Shown in pieces: positions 9,657 to 18,688 of a stretch of DNA of 64,000 bases (within the stretch, counting starts at the first letter, position 1; every line of letters starts with the position of its first letter). The stretch is from Gammaproteobacteria bacterium. Lineage in GTDB: Bacteria > Pseudomonadota > Gammaproteobacteria > JAKDMP01. Location of the stretch: contig JALUYA010000001.1 in assembly GCA_027018875.1 (NCBI GenBank), positions 13,457 to 77,456 on the forward strand, read 5' to 3'. The notes beneath the pieces are model-generated. The model saw nothing but the letters and a program-made list of their open reading frames with translations. It had not been told where the DNA came from and made no database searches. A program made the translations under genes and the position numbers.

Positions 9657-10340
9657 ATGCGTTTGATTGCCATTGATGCCGCCCCGGCGAAAGTCTCGCT
9701 CTGCTTGTGGCAAGATCGGCGGATTCTCGGTGATTGGGAGAGTTCTCGGCCCCACCCGGGAAGGGTCATGGAGGCATTGATAGATTTATTGCATAAGGCC
9801 GAGCTGGAGTTTTGCGACTTGGATGCGGTTGCTTTCGGGCGTGGCCCCGGCGCGTTTACCGGGCTGCGCTTGGCGATCGCTCTCGCCCAGGGGATTGGAT
9901 TAGGCGGCAATCTGGCGCTGGTTGCGATTTCGGATCTTGCCGCACTGGCCTGGAGAGCCCACCGGGCGCATGGCTGGGAGCGTATTGTCGCCGCGATGGA
10001 TGCCCGTCAAGGTGAAATTTATTGGGCGTGCTATGAGTGCTCCGGGCAAGCTCCCCTGCTGTGCGGCAATGAGCGGATCGATCGGATAGCGGAGGTGGTG
10101 CCGGCTCCGGGAGCATGGGCCGGGGCGGGCAGCGGCGCTCTTTTGCTGAATCATGCGGGCCTGGCCTTTACCGCAATGGACGCCGATCTGGTTCCCGATG
10201 CATCGGCGGTTGCCTGGTTGGGGGCCCTTGAGTTGGCTACCGGGCATGTGCTCAGGGCAGAGCAGGCCTGCCCGGTGTATCTACGCGATCGAGTTGCCGA
10301 GCCCAGGTCACGTAAACGTCATAAACCGCCGCTAAACTGA
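9657..10340 (+). CDS. tsaB: tRNA threonylcarbamoyladenosine biosynthesis protein TsaB (YeaZ)
   Basis: MRLIAIDAA...FGRGPGAFTGLRLAIALAQGI motif and ~227 aa. Confidence 0.85.
   Translation: MRLIAIDAAPAKVSLCLWQDRRILGDWESSRPHPGRVMEALIDLLHKAELEFCDLDAVAFGRGPGAFTGLRLAIALAQGIGLGGNLALVAISDLAALAWRAHRAHGWERIVAAMDARQGEIYWACYECSGQAPLLCGNERIDRIAEVVPAPGAWAGAGSGALLLNHAGLAFTAMDADLVPDASAVAWLGALELATGHVLRAEQACPVYLRDRVAEPRSRKRHKPPLN
10305..10322 (+). promoter_or_regulatory. Candidate Pho box (two GTCAC/GTCAT half-sites at 11-bp spacing) upstream of phoB
   Basis: AGGTCAC-GTAA-ACGTCAT lies 47-64 bp upstream of the phoB ATG, with a TAAACT -10-like hexamer about 10 nt downstream. It sits inside the 3' end of tsaB. 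Confidence 0.3.
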
Positions 10341-10368
10341 AAGTTAACTAACAGGACGGGGCCTTGGG

Positions 10369-11049
10369 ATGCGTATTCTGCTGGTTGAAGATGATACGGC
10401 CATTGCCGAAATGACGGCACTTTCCCTGCGTCGCGAAGGATTCACAGTAGAGGTGGTTGGCGCTGTTAATGCCGCCCGGCATGCGTTGGCGGCGCGCCCG
10501 CCGGATTTGCTGTTGTTGGATTGGATGTTGCCGGATCAGAGCGGTTTGGAATTTGCCCGGGCGCTGCGGCGCGACGAGAGCTTCGGCGACATTCCTATTA
10601 TCATGCTTACCGCGCGGGGGGAGGAAACCGATAAAGTACTAGGGCTGAAGTCGGCCGATGATTACATTACCAAGCCATTCTCGCCGCGGGAATTGACGGC
10701 CAGGATTCGAGCGGTTTTCCGGCGCAGTGGTACCGCCGGTGGAGAGCGGTTGACGGCGGGCGATTTGATCGTCGATCTGGCCGCGCATGAGGTCCGGGTG
10801 AATGGCTCTGCATTGAGTTTCGCACCTGCCGAGTTTCGCCTGCTGGCGTTTTTGATGCGCAATCCCGGCCGGGTGTTCAGCCGCCGCCAGTTACTCGATC
10901 GGGTATGGGGTCAGGATGCCGATATCGAGGAGCGGACCGTGGATGTACACGTGCGCCGTTTGCGGCGAGCGCTTGAACCTTGCGGACATGCCGAACGGAT
11001 AGCCACCGTGCGTGGAGCTGGATATCGATTTTCCAGAGTGGGGGGCTAA
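10369..11049 (+). CDS. phoB: phosphate regulon response regulator PhoB (OmpR family)
   Basis: Strong similarity to E. coli PhoB throughout: LDWMLPDQSGLEF, IIMLTARGEE, DDYITKPFSPRELTARIRAVFRR, VDVHVRRLRRALEP, VRGAGYRFS. Confidence 0.9.
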   Translation: MRILLVEDDTAIAEMTALSLRREGFTVEVVGAVNAARHALAARPPDLLLLDWMLPDQSGLEFARALRRDESFGDIPIIMLTARGEETDKVLGLKSADDYITKPFSPRELTARIRAVFRRSGTAGGERLTAGDLIVDLAAHEVRVNGSALSFAPAEFRLLAFLMRNPGRVFSRRQLLDRVWGQDADIEERTVDVHVRRLRRALEPCGHAERIATVRGAGYRFSRVGG

Positions 11050-12336
11050 ATGCGCCGCGCCTGGGGAATTGAGATTGCCTGGGCACTCCTGTTTGTCGGC
11101 ATTGGAGCGGGTATCGGTATCGCTGTCGGAAACCTAGCGTGGGGGATCGCCGGTGGCTTGGCCGCAGTGCTGGGGTGGCGCTTATGGATGCTCGGGTTAT
11201 TGCTCTGGCGATTGAGGCGAGGTACCGAACTTTATTTCGCTGGTGGTGGATTGGTCAGGGAAGTTGGGGATTATTGCCGCCGTTGCCATCGCGCCGATGC
11301 GGCTCTTCGGGGCGATCTAGGACGGTTGCGGCGCGAATTGGTGACCTTTGCCCGGGCCATGCCCGATGCCGCGTTGGTACTCGATCGGCATGGGACGATT
11401 CAGTGGGCTAATGCGGTCGGTCGGCGATGGTTCGGGCTGAGGCCGGAAGATACGGGCCGGCCGTTGATGCAGCTGGTACGCGATCCGATTTTGATTGACC
11501 GACTTGCCGCTAGCGATAAATCTGGCTCAATAGAGATGCCCTCACCGTCGGCTCCCGATACCGAATTGATGGTTCAGATAACGTCCTACGGAGACGATGG
11601 ACGTACACTGATTCTTGCACGCGATATGACTCGCTTGAAGCGGCTCGAGCGGGTGCGGCACGACTTTGTCGCGAATGTTTCGCATGAACTAAAAAGTCCG
11701 CTTACCGTGGTTTCCGGTTATGTGGAACTTCTAGCCGACGATCCCGAAATTCCTGCCACCTGGATCGAACCCGTTGCGGCGCTCAATCGGGAGGTCCGAC
11801 GCATGGGAGCGATCGTTAATGACTTGTTGACATTAGCCCGTCTCGAATCCGGGCTTCAGCTCCCCGAGCGGATTCCCGTGGCGATACCACAACTGTTGCG
11901 GCGGGTGCGCGCCCAGACCTATTCGGCAGCCATTGCACAGCGGTATATGGAATTGGATATACAGACCGAAGCGCGGGTGCTGGGGGATGAGGCCGAGTTG
12001 GAAAGTGCAGTAAGGAACCTGCTTTCTAATGCGTTGAAGTATACCTCCGATACGGGGCATATCCGGATTACTTGGCGGGTTGTCGGAGCGAATGCACAGT
12101 TGTATGTGGAAGACGATGGAATCGGAATCCCCGCGCGGGATATTCCCCGGCTGACCGAACGGTTTTACCGGGTTGACAAGGGTCGTTCCGCGCGCAGTGG
12201 GGGGACGGGCCTGGGGCTGGCTATCGTCAAGCACGTGGCCGAACGTCATGGTGCGCGGTTATGCATCGAAAGCGAGCTCGGCCAAGGAAGCCGGTTTACA
12301 CTGGTTTTCCCTCGTAGCCGCATTCTTTGGGAGTGA
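11050..12336 (+). CDS. phoR: phosphate regulon sensor histidine kinase PhoR
   Basis: N-terminal transmembrane segment, PAS region, HisKA box DFVANVSHELKSPLT, ATPase G-boxes DDGIGIP and GGTGLGLAIVKH. Adjacent to and overlapping phoB. Confidence 0.85.
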   Translation: MRRAWGIEIAWALLFVGIGAGIGIAVGNLAWGIAGGLAAVLGWRLWMLGLLLWRLRRGTELYFAGGGLVREVGDYCRRCHRADAALRGDLGRLRRELVTFARAMPDAALVLDRHGTIQWANAVGRRWFGLRPEDTGRPLMQLVRDPILIDRLAASDKSGSIEMPSPSAPDTELMVQITSYGDDGRTLILARDMTRLKRLERVRHDFVANVSHELKSPLTVVSGYVELLADDPEIPATWIEPVAALNREVRRMGAIVNDLLTLARLESGLQLPERIPVAIPQLLRRVRAQTYSAAIAQRYMELDIQTEARVLGDEAELESAVRNLLSNALKYTSDTGHIRITWRVVGANAQLYVEDDGIGIPARDIPRLTERFYRVDKGRSARSGGTGLGLAIVKHVAERHGARLCIESELGQGSRFTLVFPRSRILWE

Positions 12337-12705
12337 TATGAAGCGTTTAAATGGATCTGAGTTCTTTGCAGGAGGTTGTCGGGTTTAGAGCCTGTAACCC
12401 GATTCGAGTTGCTATTGCCGGAGGTTCTTATTGCGGGAGTATAACGGCTGCTTATCCTGGTGAACTTAATGGATTTGGAAGGGTGAAGGTGACTTACAGG
12501 CGGGAGAATACCCGTATTTTTTGACCTTTATGCTGGAGAGTAGAATGATCGACGAAACAGGATATCCCCATTATTACTCAAATTCCTGCTCCTCCGATTT
12601 CTTGGTATTGATAATCGGTAATCCCCAATCCCCTTAGTTCGAGAAAGGAGATCATAGGTCTCTGAATTCGGCAGTCTGTGTCGATATCGCTACAATAAAA
12701 GAAAT

Positions 12706-13290
12706 TTGTGCGTGAGTGCTTTCGTGTCATTCAGTCCTGAGAATCTGATTTGGATTGATCTTGAGATGACCGGCCTCGATTCCCGGTCTGATCGAATTCT
12801 CGAGATCGCAACGGTAGTAACCGACAAGCAATTGCGTCCCGTGGCCACGGGGCCGGTGCTTGCTATTCATCAGCCGGATCCCGTGCTGGCCGCAATGGAT
12901 CGCTGGAATGTGGAGCATCATTCCGCCTCGGGGCTGATCGAGCGGGTACGCTCCAGCTCAATTGACGCCGCGGAAGCCGAACACCGTACGCTCCAATTCT
13001 TGCGCCAACACGTTCCCGAGCGGGCCTCTCCCATGTGTGGTAATTCTATTTGCCAGGATCGGCGCTTTCTAGCTCGGTTCATGCCTACTTTAGAGGCGTT
13101 TTTTCACTATCGGCAGGTAGATGTCAGTACTTTTAAGGAACTTGCCAAGCGGTGGGCGCCCCAAATTGTGGCAGGATTCGGTAAGAAGAGCACGCATGAA
13201 GCCCTAGCCGATATCGAGGAATCCATCGCCGAACTGGCGTATTATCGCCGACAATTATTTTTGCCCGAATATGCCGGTGGAAAGGACTAG
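12706..13290 (+). CDS. orn: oligoribonuclease Orn
   Basis: [13 protein letters not shown]...[11 protein letters not shown]...[12 protein letters not shown]...[21 protein letters not shown]...[18 protein letters not shown] aligns with E. coli Orn along its length. Confidence 0.9.
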   Translation: MCVSAFVSFSPENLIWIDLEMTGLDSRSDRILEIATVVTDKQLRPVATGPVLAIHQPDPVLAAMDRWNVEHHSASGLIERVRSSSIDAAEAEHRTLQFLRQHVPERASPMCGNSICQDRRFLARFMPTLEAFFHYRQVDVSTFKELAKRWAPQIVAGFGKKSTHEALADIEESIAELAYYRRQLFLPEYAGGKD

Positions 13291-13293
13291 AAG

Positions 13294-13400
13294 CTTGTCG
13301 AGCTTAGGTCACCGTAGCGAGTAGGCTAAGGAAGTGAGTCAAAATGTTTCTGGTTCTGAGGAGCTTGGCGGCTGTGGGACGGTATTTTTGGCTGCTATCC
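13294..13400. repeat. Intergenic repeat, copy A: 56-nt conserved core, variable linker, 17-nt second box
   Basis: The core at 13297-13352 is about 89% identical to 15940-15995. The second box TATTTTTGGCTGCTATCC matches 16039-16055. Non-coding; no ORF is conserved between the two copies. Confidence 0.7.
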
Positions 13401-13528
13401 CACCAGCGTGGCGAATTATGCCCAGGCCTGACAGAATCCCAGAAGGCGGGCTGGTCCGGGTTTTGTTATTAGAGTGGATGGAAACTAATGGAGACCTGGA
13501 GGTGGATTCGTTTAGATAGGCCCCGGGA

Positions 13529-13990
13529 CTAGGCCCGCCAAGTGTCCGTGTGGCCTGATGAGTTCCGTAGCTTATGTTGTACCGCTTCCGGAGATGGCCC
13601 TTGGCGGGGCCGATCCCGACGGCGGGAGCAAGGGTCGGGGTTGGCGGCGGTGCCAATATGGACGGGAAGCTTGCCTTGAGCCCAGGCCAGTGTCCCATCC
13701 CCAACGATTATCGCCCGGGGAAAAGAGGCTACGATGCGTCTCCAGGCTTCATACGAGCGATATCCGGTGCGGCAGACAAGGTAGATTTGGACCCCCGGGG
13801 GGCACTGCCGCGCTTGTAGGCATTCCTCCAGGGCGGCGGAATCGAACTGACCAAGCGGCAGCGAGATGGCTCCCTTGATATGTATGAGCCAATACTCACC
13901 GGGTTCGCGCACATCGATGATCACGGCAGATTCCCCAGCGGAAATACGGCGATGCAGTTCGCGGGCAGAAATCGAGGGCGGACGTTTCAA
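13529..13990 (-). CDS. rhodanese-domain sulfurtransferase, single domain, with C-terminal extension
   Basis: VIIDVREPGEY...GHIKGAISLPL and active-site loop CRTGYRS. TTG start. About 45 extra Arg/Pro-rich residues follow the domain. Confidence 0.7.
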   Translation of the reverse strand: MKRPPSISARELHRRISAGESAVIIDVREPGEYWLIHIKGAISLPLGQFDSAALEECLQARQCPPGVQIYLVCRTGYRSYEAWRRIVASFPRAIIVGDGTLAWAQGKLPVHIGTAANPDPCSRRRDRPRQGPSPEAVQHKLRNSSGHTDTWRA

Positions 13991-14012
13991 CGGTAATTAC
14001 AGGAGTAAAACG

Positions 14013-15038
14013 ATGGATGACACGATAGCAGAATGTCGAGCGGTTTGTCCGGGTGATTGGGTGCGGCCGCCGGCCGCGGCGGAGATCGCTGCGGCACGTA
14101 CCCGCTTGGCTGCCCGGGTAGCACATACGCCGGTGTTGCGCCCGGCGGCATTGAAACGGGTCTATGGCGAAGATGTGTGGTTGAAATGCGAGCAATTTCA
14201 ACCGGTCGGTGCGTTTAAGGTGCGTGGGGCCGCCAACGCGGTACGCTCGCTTTCCGAGGCTGAGTTAAAGCGGGGGGTTGCAACTCACTCATCCGGCAAT
14301 CATGGTGCCGCCCTGGCCTGGGCGGCACGGGAAGCCGGCGCCAGGTGCCAGGTGGTAATGCCCCGGAGTGCTGTAGCATCGAAACGCGCTGCTGTGAAAT
14401 ATTTCGGTGGCGAGGTGATCGATTGTGGTCCGAGTCAGGAGGATCGGGAGGCCCGGTTGGCCGAGGTCCTCGCTGCCACCGGTGCCGTAATGATCCATCC
14501 CTATGATGATGCCCGAGTTATTGCAGGCCAGGCGAGTGCAACGATCGAGTTGTTGGAAGCCCTACCCGAGCTGGGTACCCTGGTTGTTCCGGTTGGTGGC
14601 GGAGGCTTGTGTGCGGGAGCCATCCTTGCGGCCCGATGGCTGTCCCGTTCACTGGCCATTATCGGGGTGGAGCCGGCGGGCGCCGATGATACCCGACGTT
14701 CGCTCGATGCTGGATGCCGAGTGGCTCTGGATCGGGTCGAGACCTGTGCCGACGGATTGCGTGCCCAAGTGGGTGAGGTGACCTTCCCGGTGCTGGAATC
14801 TGGACTTGCCGATCTGGTCACGGTTGACGAGGCGGCCATTCTTGCGGCGACCCGCTGGGCGGTGGAAGTGGCGAAAATGGTGATTGAACCTTCGGCGGCG
14901 ACCGTACTGGCGGCTTTGTTTCAAGGTGGGATCCCTCGGGGAAAGGGCGCTACTGCGGCGATTATCTCGGGAGGTAATCTGGACTTCGACGGAGCGGTCT
15001 GGCGTCGGGCTAGACTTGCAACTATGCCTGGAGGGTGA
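14013..15038 (+). CDS. PLP-dependent threonine/serine dehydratase family enzyme (fold type II; no ACT domain)
   Basis: PLP-Lys motif FQPVGAFKVRGA, SSGNHG, Gly-rich loop VVPVGGGGL. AGGAG Shine-Dalgarno 8 nt before the ATG at 14013; the listed ORF begins upstream at 13866. Confidence 0.8.
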   Translation: MDDTIAECRAVCPGDWVRPPAAAEIAAARTRLAARVAHTPVLRPAALKRVYGEDVWLKCEQFQPVGAFKVRGAANAVRSLSEAELKRGVATHSSGNHGAALAWAAREAGARCQVVMPRSAVASKRAAVKYFGGEVIDCGPSQEDREARLAEVLAATGAVMIHPYDDARVIAGQASATIELLEALPELGTLVVPVGGGGLCAGAILAARWLSRSLAIIGVEPAGADDTRRSLDAGCRVALDRVETCADGLRAQVGEVTFPVLESGLADLVTVDEAAILAATRWAVEVAKMVIEPSAATVLAALFQGGIPRGKGATAAIISGGNLDFDGAVWRRARLATMPGG

Positions 15039-15074
15039 CAGAATTAACACCCTCCTGTTACGGAATATCCAGCC

Positions 15075-15626
15075 ATGCGAGTTCAAAGTGTTCTTCTGAT
15101 GGGTGTGCTGATGGGTTCCCTTCCGGTTTTCGCCGCCCAACCGGCCCCGATTACTTCTGCCCAGCCTGCCGCTATGGTCACCGGGGTTTGGGTGACGCCC
15201 AACAACAAATCCCATGTACGGATCTACCGGGGCGCGGATGGTAAGTTTTATGGCAAGATCATCTGGCTCAAGCAGCCGGATTATCCTGCAAATTACAAAG
15301 TCAAGTCGCTTGCCGGCAAGCCGAAGATCGATCGACATAACCCCGATAAGCGTCTGCGTGACCGGGCGGTTCTAGGGCTCAACATCCTGACGGGCTTCCA
15401 ATATCTTCCGAAACAGCATGCCTGGGGTAAGGGTAAATGCTATGATCCGACCAAAGGCAAGACCTACAACTGCCGGATGTGGTTCACCGGTAATGGTAAG
15501 GACCTCAAGTTGCGTGGCTATATCTGGATCTTCTATAGGACCGAGACCTGGGTAAGATACCAGGCGCCCAAGAACCAAGCCACCCCTACTGCACCAATCC
15601 CGCAGACGGCAGCCACGATCCGCTAA
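15075..15626 (+). CDS. secreted DUF2147-family protein
   Basis: Signal peptide MRVQSVLLMGVLMGSLPVFAA. GVWVTPNNKSHVRIYRGADGKFYGKIIWL matches the DUF2147 signature. Confidence 0.6.
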   Translation: MRVQSVLLMGVLMGSLPVFAAQPAPITSAQPAAMVTGVWVTPNNKSHVRIYRGADGKFYGKIIWLKQPDYPANYKVKSLAGKPKIDRHNPDKRLRDRAVLGLNILTGFQYLPKQHAWGKGKCYDPTKGKTYNCRMWFTGNGKDLKLRGYIWIFYRTETWVRYQAPKNQATPTAPIPQTAATIR

Positions 15627-15937
15627 GCGGAATTATCTGCTGTGAATTTACTCGGGTAGGTTGTGCCGGTACGGGTTGTATTTTTATGCCGCTGGGTTTT
15701 ACCGGGATTGCGGTTTGCACTTCATCGACCGCATCATGAAATCTCGTCTGGGGTTCTCCTTCGGGCCTTCGAGAAATGCCTCATAACGGATTTCCTGCCG
15801 GGGTTGTACGCGACTGGTCGGTATCGGGTGTGATCCGGTAATCGCCTGCTTTATCGGCTCTAGCCAGGTGCCTCCCGGATTTTCCGGGATGGCACATGCC
15901 CCAGAGTAGATGATGTCCTATGTCGAACGGTCGGAGC

Positions 15938-16055
15938 CTGTCGAGCTTAGGCCATCGTAGCGAGTAGGCTAAGGAGGGGAGTCAAAACATTTCTGATTTT
16001 GCGGCGCATAGTGGGTCTATGTAATGAGGAATTAAAGATATTTTGGCTGCTGTCC
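15938..16055. repeat. Intergenic repeat, copy B (same family and orientation as 13294-13400)
   Basis: Core TGTCGAGCTTAGGCCATCGTAGCGAGTAGGCTAAGGAGGGGAGTCAAAACATTTCTG and second box TATTTTGGCTGCTGTCC. Confidence 0.7.
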
Positions 16056-16076
16056 TGCTACCGCAGCAGATTGTCT

Positions 16077-16841
16077 CTAAGTCCGACAGACCTCTAAAGG
16101 TCCCCATGCCTGGGCGGTGGGCATGAGTTCAATCAGGTTGATGTTGACGTGGGGCGGTTGTTCAATGGCCCATATGACGGTGTGAGCAATGTCGGCCGGA
16201 TGCAGTGGTTCGAGTCCACGGTAAACATTTGCCGCCTGTTTCCGGTCTCCCTTGAAGCGAATAATCGAAAATTCGGTTTCCGCCAGTCCCGGTGCGATTT
16301 CGGTTACGCGTACTCCGGTTCCGAGCAAATCGGCACGCAGATTGCGTGTAAATTGGCGTACAAAGGCTTTGGTTGCACCATAAACATTGCTGCCGAGATA
16401 GGGGTTATCCGCTGCGACCGAACCCAGGTTGATAATATGGCCGCGTCCGGATTCGACCATGCTGGGTAACAAGGCGTGGGTGAGGTAAGTCAGCCCCCGG
16501 ATATTGGTATCGATCATGATCTCCCAGTCATCCAACGAGGCGCGCTGGGATGGTTCAAGCCCGAGAGCAAGCCCGGCGTTGTTGACCAGTACCTCAATTG
16601 GCAAAAATTCCTCGGGTATTGTAGCCAGGGCCTGATTTACGGCGGTGCGCGTGCGAATATCGAAAGGCAACGGATACAGGTTTCCATCTGTGGATTCGGC
16701 CAGATCCCGCAGACGCTCGATCCGGCGCCCGGCGATTACGACCCGCCAGCCGTTTGCGGCCAGGATTCGGGCAATGGCCGCGCCGAACCCGGCACTGGCG
16801 CCGGTGACTAATGCCGTTCGGTTATTCGGAGTTTGAAGCAT
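16077..16841 (-). CDS. SDR-family NAD(P)-dependent oxidoreductase (YdfG-like 3-hydroxy acid dehydrogenase)
   Basis: TGASAGFGAAIA cofactor motif, NNAG, catalytic Y-x3-K (YGATKAF). Confidence 0.8.
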   Translation of the reverse strand: MLQTPNNRTALVTGASAGFGAAIARILAANGWRVVIAGRRIERLRDLAESTDGNLYPLPFDIRTRTAVNQALATIPEEFLPIEVLVNNAGLALGLEPSQRASLDDWEIMIDTNIRGLTYLTHALLPSMVESGRGHIINLGSVAADNPYLGSNVYGATKAFVRQFTRNLRADLLGTGVRVTEIAPGLAETEFSIIRFKGDRKQAANVYRGLEPLHPADIAHTVIWAIEQPPHVNINLIELMPTAQAWGPLEVCRT

Positions 16842-16907
16842 TAAGATTTTCCCGGTAGAATCATGCTTTCATGATACGGCATTGGCATAAATGGCAAAGT
16901 ATTCATC

Positions 16908-18002
16908 ATGATTTCCCCGCCGAATCCATTTATTCCCAACAAGCCCCCTCCTGATCTGGATGAGCGGACTCAGGCGGTATTACGGGGACTGATCGAGCGT
17001 TATATTCGGGATGGTCGCCCGGTGGGATCACGGGTACTTTCACGGGATCTTACTTTGGGATTGTCGCCGGCGAGCATTCGCAATCTCATGGCGGATTTGG
17101 AGGATCTTGGGTTGATTACTTCGCCGCATGTGTCCGCCGGCCGTATACCGACCCAGCGGGGTTACCGGCTGTTTGTTGACAGTTTACTCAAAATTGAACC
17201 TTTGAGTGCCGACGAATTACAGCGGTTGCGGGCCGGGATCTCCTCGACCGAGGAGGGCGCCAGAGGGATTACCACTCAGGCTTCGCGGGCAGTGGCCAGC
17301 ATTACGCGGATGGCGGGGTTGGTCAGTGTGCCGCGGCGAAATGCCGCTTCCTGGCGGCATATTGAATTTCTGCGCTTGTCTGATCATAGGGTTTTAGCGA
17401 TTCTGGTGCAGATTGATAATGAAGTGCAGAATCGGGTACTGGAGTTCGAGCAGGACTATTCGGAACAGATGCTGAACGCCGCCGCAGGATATCTCAATGG
17501 ACAGTTCAGCGGGCGTACGCTTGCCGATGTGCGCGCCGGGTTGCTTATGGCAATGCGCATGGATATGCACAGCATGAACGAGATTGTCCAGGCTGCGTTG
17601 GCGGTAGGCGAACGTTTGCTTTCCGAGGGTAGTATGCCGGATCCTGATTTCATGTTGGCGGGCCAGACCAACCTGATGGGAGTGGCCGAATTGGCCGATG
17701 TCGATCGGCTTAAGAGCTTGTTCGAGGCCTTCAGCGATAAGCGTGATATCCTGAATCTCCTGGATCGGGCGCTCGCGGCCCCTGGAGTTCAGGTATTTAT
17801 CGGTGAGGAATCCGGTTATGCGGTACTTGGGGATTTGAGTATAGTGACGGCAAGCTATGGCCCCCAGGATCGCCCCCTAGGGGTAGTTGGAGTTATCGGA
17901 CCTACGCGGATGGCATACCAGAAAGTGATCCCCGTGGTGGATGTAACTGCGCGCCTGCTGGGTTCGGCCTTGAATGATGGCGGTTTGCCCCCACAAAGCT
18001 AG
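16908..18002 (+). CDS. hrcA: heat-inducible transcription repressor HrcA
   Basis: N-terminal winged helix RPVGSRVLS...SPASIRNLMADLEDLGLI...GRIPTQRGYRLFVDSLL. Located before grpE-dnaK-dnaJ. The exact start is uncertain. Confidence 0.8.
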   Translation: MISPPNPFIPNKPPPDLDERTQAVLRGLIERYIRDGRPVGSRVLSRDLTLGLSPASIRNLMADLEDLGLITSPHVSAGRIPTQRGYRLFVDSLLKIEPLSADELQRLRAGISSTEEGARGITTQASRAVASITRMAGLVSVPRRNAASWRHIEFLRLSDHRVLAILVQIDNEVQNRVLEFEQDYSEQMLNAAAGYLNGQFSGRTLADVRAGLLMAMRMDMHSMNEIVQAALAVGERLLSEGSMPDPDFMLAGQTNLMGVAELADVDRLKSLFEAFSDKRDILNLLDRALAAPGVQVFIGEESGYAVLGDLSIVTASYGPQDRPLGVVGVIGPTRMAYQKVIPVVDVTARLLGSALNDGGLPPQS

Positions 18003-18034
18003 GCATTGACCTAAATTTATCAGAGGATCAATCG

Positions 18035-18613
18035 ATGAGCAAGGATTCGGGTATCCCGTCCCCGACACCCGAAGTGGAAGCCGCGGGTGTTTCTACTCAA
18101 GAGTCGCGAGCCGAAGGCGAAAGTCCGGGTAATCCAGAGGTAAATGATACGGCGACGCTGGAAGATCAGCTTGAAGCCGCGCGCGCTGAAATCGGCGAAC
18201 ACCAGGAGCGTTCTCTGCGTTTGGCGGCGGAGTTGGAGAATGTCCGGCGGCGGTTTGCCCGCGAGCTGGATTCGGTGCGGCGCCATGGGTTGGAGCATTT
18301 TGCCGCTGATCTTTTACCCGTGATTGACAGCCTGGAACTGGCGCTTGCCGCCGCCGCCGCTGCGCCGGAGTCTTTGCGTGAGGGCCTGGAAATGACTATT
18401 CGGTTGCTGCACGATATCCTTTCCCGGCACCACATCGAGCCGATTGATCCCATGGGGGAGCCCTTCGATCCCAATGTGCATGAGGCAATGGCTACGCAAC
18501 CGAGTTCCGAGCCTGCCGACACGGTACTTCAGGTGGTTCAGAAAGGTTATCGATTGCATGGACGGTTGCTGCGCCCGGCGCGGGTTATCGTATCCCGCCC
18601 TGGGGACGCTTGA
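18035..18613 (+). CDS. grpE: nucleotide exchange factor GrpE
   Basis: Coiled-coil region LRLAAELENVRRRFARE and C-terminal GYRLHGRLLRPARV. Confidence 0.9.
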   Translation: MSKDSGIPSPTPEVEAAGVSTQESRAEGESPGNPEVNDTATLEDQLEAARAEIGEHQERSLRLAAELENVRRRFARELDSVRRHGLEHFAADLLPVIDSLELALAAAAAAPESLREGLEMTIRLLHDILSRHHIEPIDPMGEPFDPNVHEAMATQPSSEPADTVLQVVQKGYRLHGRLLRPARVIVSRPGDA

Positions 18614-18637
18614 AACCATGCGGGTTGGCCCCCAAAT
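18609..18637 (+). promoter_or_regulatory. sigma32 (RpoH) heat-shock promoter upstream of dnaK
   Basis: CTTGAAA-N14-CCCCAAAT matches the consensus CTTGAAA-N13-15-CCCCATNT. It is about 50 bp upstream of the dnaK ATG. Confidence 0.6.
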
Positions 18638-18688
18638 AGGCTGGGGTCAAAGCCATTTATATTGATTGAATTTAAACGGAGAGGATTC

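Noticed and set aside
13334-13519. 61-aa ORF starting with GTG inside repeat copy A
   Set aside because: The corresponding frame in repeat copy B hits a stop after about 14 codons, so the repeat is not a conserved coding element.
13558-13878. Plus-strand ORFs (106 and 81 aa) opposite the rhodanese gene
   Set aside because: No recognisable motifs, whereas the minus-strand frame carries clear rhodanese signatures (CRTGYRS active-site loop).
14649-15338. 229-aa ORF on the minus strand
   Set aside because: Antisense to the dehydratase and the DUF2147 gene; Arg-rich low-complexity.
16842-16907. Looked for a CIRCE element (TTAGCACTC-N9-GAGTGCTAA) upstream of hrcA, grpE and dnaK
   Set aside because: No match found in those intergenic regions. 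CIRCE is presumably at groESL outside the window.
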